The notes under the pieces are model-generated. The model searched no databases, had not been told where the DNA came from, and worked only from the letters and a program-made list of their open reading frames with translations. This document shows, piece by piece, positions 59,970 through 64,000 of a DNA stretch of 64,000 nucleotides (positions are counted from its first letter, which is position 1; every line of letters begins with the position of its first letter). The position numbers and the translations under genes are program-made. The DNA is from Lytechinus pictus (taxonomy: Eukaryota). The stretch is from assembly GCF_037042905.1 (NCBI RefSeq), contig NC_087245.1, forward strand, positions 11,348,001-11,412,000, in the 5' to 3' direction.

Positions 59970-60525
59970 CCCGGCCCCCCCACTCAGTGTTATTTAGGGT
60001 ACGCCTATGCTCGTTCCCTCCCTTTGAAAGCACCCCCCTATCGAAGGTCTGCCAAAATTTCTGAACCCCCTTTCGAGGGCTTTTCGCTGGCTTTTTCTGC
60101 CTTAGAGACCCCCCTAAATCCGGAACACTGCTCAATGTACCCCCTATCTCAGGTGAGCTCTCATTCCAACAACAGGTCCGTACTTTACTTTTCAAAATGA
60201 AATAATCCTGAATTCAGGATTATTCAGGCTCATTCGGATATGCTTTCAAAACTAGCAGGAATTTCAGGAATTTGATCCCGGGATTTTATCAATTTTTCTA
60301 TGTTATTCAAAATATTTTATAACCCCCTTTTAAAATTTCTCAGGAGTCCAAAGAGAGAGATAAAAAAACACCCCCTTTTTAAAGAAATCTCTGGGTGAAA
60401 ATACAAATACACCCCCCTTTTTTACAAAATCGCGGGCAGGACTTGTCCCGCGAAAAATTACCCCTTTACCGGACATTTTGGGAACACGCATGCGGTCCTT
60501 CCGACCCCAGAGTGAGGGGGCCGGG
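59970..60525. mobile_element. MITE with CCCGG termini and an 8-bp TSD
   Basis: TIR CCCGGCCCCCCCACTC / GAGTGAGGGGGCCGGG; perfect TSD CCTTACTC at 59962-59969 and 60526-60533. Confidence 0.88.
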
Positions 60526-60957
60526 CCTTACTCGTATTCATATACCTGTAATAGCGCAGGAATACTGTACATTGTTTATGGTTCTGGGTTTAAGAATGGT
60601 GTCCACCCCTCCCCTCATACATGTGCAATTTTTAAGTTGTAGGCCTACAATACAAGTCAAATACATTGGTTTCAATGATTTATACAACAATGCAACATTT
60701 GATTGTGGGTTGTTGTCAAAATTTGAAAGAATTCCAGCATGTCCTTGAATACTTGATGGATTTAGCGCACATGCGTATAGCATGTCCTGTTACAGCTCTG
60801 TGCATATATAGTATTGGTATTCTTTACTGCCCTATACCTACATATGCACAATTGCAGATGGCATACAAATGTACTTTTACTTAATCAGAGTGACTGAGAA
60901 GCAGTACATTGGCTAGTCTGTAATAACTTACATATTTCATGATTTATCATGCGAAAA

Positions 60958-61491
60958 AGGGGTACTCCAGGCTGAAAATAATATGATTTGGACAGAAAAA
61001 GAAAAATCAGATAAATTAACAAACCACTAAAAATTTATCAAAATTGGACAAGGAATTAAAAAGCTATGGCATTTTAAAAATTTGCATTATTCTGGTTAAA
61101 ACAGTTCTAGGCATTTCAATGGGCAAACTGATGTCATATTCCCACTTGTTATTTGTATTTTATATTTGTAATTAGGTTTATTCAACTTTTTCCTCTGAGA
61201 ACTGAAAAATTGGATTGACAATTGAAATAGTGCATTGATTAGATCTTCATTGCTGCAACTTATTTGATTATAAGGGAGACGTATCATTCACTCATAAGTG
61301 AAAAAATGAAATAATTTTGATTTCATGTAATAACATAAGAAAAAGGAAAGTGGGGGTCCTGATGTGACATCAGCCCACCTACTGAGTATTCATGACATCT
61401 ATATAGCTGTTTTCCCAAAATTACAATAGTTACATTTTAAAGTTCAATTACTCCGTTATTTATACTTATATTTTCAGCCCGGATTACCCCT
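60958..61491. mobile_element. Kolobok-like MITE
   Basis: TIR AGGGGTACTCCAGGCTGAAAATA vs its counterpart (21/23); TTAA on the right, AAAA on the left. Confidence 0.75.
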
Positions 61492-63087
61492 TTAATGGAA
61501 ACTGCTGTGCCTCTTTTTCTTTAGATTTAATCTCTTGCTCTTTATCTCCTTCTTTCTTTATTTCTTTCTGTCTATCTCTCTTTCGTTTGTTCTCTCTCTC
61601 ACTCTTTCTGATTACTATTGAAATTAACTTTGTTTTCATAGATTTACATGTAACACTTTTTAGATTCCCTTTTCAACCACTTTATAATCTATTCTAATCA
61701 TTACAACATTGCTTGAACATTACATACCATAGCACTGTATGTATTATGCACTTGTTGACTTCAAAGTTCAAATTTATGCAGATGTTGCCAAGAAAAAATT
61801 AATGGCAGTTATTCTTGCAGAAATATAAAACAAATATGCACCCACAAACAATACTCTATTGAAAAAGAGCATCATGCATGATGGCTTGAGGTGAATTTGA
61901 AGGCATGCTCTACTGCGCATGAGGCATGTTATTAAGATCTATGATACATAATAAACATACCACATGCCTCAGAATGAGAGGAACATTCAAAACATGCCAG
62001 GGACGTTCAGACCCAGAAACATTAACTGCTGGAAAATAACCAGGCAAAACTTTATTTTGGACCTTTCACAACCTGCCTATATCTGTAACATTGCAGTCAA
62101 TGGGGATTTTCCAAGGCTCTTTTATACATTATCCAGGGCTCTTTTGGGCATTCCTTGGGGGGCAAAATCCCCCTGAGTCCCCTTTTATTTTCCCCTGCTA
62201 AATACCAATACTGTTCTCTTACATATTAAAGCTTTGTGCAACTAATACGAAAATTACCCTAATATGAATTTTGATCACTGTGCATTGATTGGGATTCAAA
62301 ATCTTACCTACATGTAGGCCACTTGCTCAAGTGCACAAAATGAATATCATCTTTTCAGTATTATTACCTGGAATTACATGTATATTTTTCATTCATGAAT
62401 GAAGACATAAATGTAGGTCTTACATGTAGGCCTATTTATAACAAGATCTGTGATAATCTTTGAACTGGCCATATATTTGAAAATCTAATCACAGCTTTGT
62501 GGGGAACTTATTAGAAGAGAACCATGAATTCCTGGCTATACATTGTACATGTTTACAACAAGAGAGAGATACATGTAGGAGATGTCCCGACCATTTTACA
62601 ATCTACTCATCAAATTGCCATTTACATACTATACATTGTAGACTTGAATAGTGATCTTAATTTTTCAAATAGCTGTTACCTTGTAATTCCTTTTGTGCGA
62701 TTTATTTCACTTTCACCTTTCTGTTTTCTCACTTTTCTCCTCTTCCATCCTTTACATTCCCTTAAAAAAAGAGACTTTTGAACTATCAAATCTATACAAC
62801 AGACAGATGATGGAAATGTGAGGATGGAAAATTCATTTTAAACATGGCTCATGCGAGCAATGTTTTGATGGAATGGGTTCTCACGCTATTATCACACAAT
62901 ATTACTTTGCCATTTTCTCCTAGGATACCACTCTTATACAGTCTATAATGACTGGAATTGATACTGGAAGAGCACTTTTATTATGAAAGAAATACTGCTT
63001 TGAAGTTCAATATAAATCTTTGACAAAATAAATTATAAAATAAGAGATAAAATCAATTCCTTTGTCAGAGGACTAAATCCTGGATCA

Positions 63088-63246
63088 GAGCCCTATTGCA
63101 TAAAAGTTACTGTTATGATAACTTTGCCATCCAATGGTAATTACCATGGCAACGATGATCAACAGCCAATCAGAATCAAGAATCCCATGAAAGTTACCAT
63201 TGCATGGCAAAGATACCATAATGGTAACCTTTATGCAATGGGGCCC
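63088..63246. mobile_element. Harbinger-like palindromic MITE
   Basis: GCCCTATTGCATAAAAGTTAC / GTAACCTTTATGCAATGGGGC inverted ends. Confidence 0.7.
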
Positions 63247-64000
63247 TAGAAGTTTATAGAGCCAATCAGAGTTCCCTTTGCCTTAACTTTTGCAGTGCTT
63301 TATATTTGTTGCATCGTGCGTAACAAAAACAATTAATAGGGCAGGGCCCTACATGTTAATTTTTTTTTTTGTAGAGATACAGAAAATATATTAAATTTCC
63401 TATAAATGGGCTTACGGAACAGAAGAGAAAGCATCATGTGTGTTTCTGATAATTTGATTGCATACATGTACATGATATATATACACATGTATCATACCTG
63501 CTTTACACTAGTTTAATAGTGGAATGTTTCATTCTCTGGTTGTACTGTATGCCATCCTTGTACATTTTTTCTATGAGATCATGCTTCATATGGCAGAATT
63601 TAATGATAATATTTACTCAAGATCATATGAAATTCTAGCATTTTTCGAAATCCTACATCTCAATACAAAACATGGAAAGGCACAATGGAGTCCATTTCAA
63701 GGAGGCGTGTCTACTTTCTATCCCAGTGGAGTGGTTGTGTTATTTTTGCACAGGATATGGTGGAAGTGATGACATAAACAGAGATACATGTAGTGTGACC
63801 TGAATTTCCAGGTCACCAATGCTTGACTCAACATGGGAGAATCTTCAGGAGAACGAAGAGATTGTGATATACTGTTTCACTTTCCAACAACCTGTTGAAC
63901 ATCTGGCATCATTCTGATTTTCTGAGCAGACTTTTGCTGAATCTTTATTTTAAATGGTTGTACAGGGGACATGGTTTTATAGACATGTATGCTCTGTACA

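Noticed and set aside
58314..62960. Candidate third aquaporin exon after acceptor-like sites (~58314, 59589, 62924)
   Set aside because: Phase-2 translations lack MIP features (loop C, TM4 ExxxTF, second NPA) or reach stops quickly; the remaining exons probably lie beyond the window.

Overview
AT-rich eukaryotic (animal) genomic DNA with spliced genes. The repeat families, the frequent TACATGTA motif and the protein sequences suggest a marine deuterostome, probably a sea urchin such as Lytechinus (inference, not verified). I reconstructed three genes by hand. (1) A complete minus-strand NDUFAF8-like twin-CX9C micro-protein gene (67 aa, 3 coding exons, 509-2195), absent from the ORF track. (2) A complete plus-strand NPC1 gene (21 coding exons, 7046-41010, 3975 nt, 1324 aa; all GT-AG junctions stay in frame), head-to-head with gene 1. 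(3) The 5' part of an aquaporin (MIP family) gene (53588-54286, apparently continuing beyond the window) whose first signature motif is NPV instead of NPA. Introns and intergenic DNA hold many non-autonomous elements: TTAA-targeting Kolobok-like palindromic MITEs, a piggyBac-like MITE, Tc1/mariner-like MITEs, hAT- and Harbinger-like MITEs, tRNA-derived SINEs, a Helentron/HINE-like element with satellite-like repeats, and several nested insertions. I saw no transposase, reverse transcriptase, rRNA, intact tRNA or CRISPR array. I cannot support a wholly new biological system here. The best leads are the hidden micro-protein and possible bidirectional promoter, the NPV aquaporin with uORFs, a perfect 40-bp direct repeat bracketing a symmetric NPC1 exon, and the nested element architecture.
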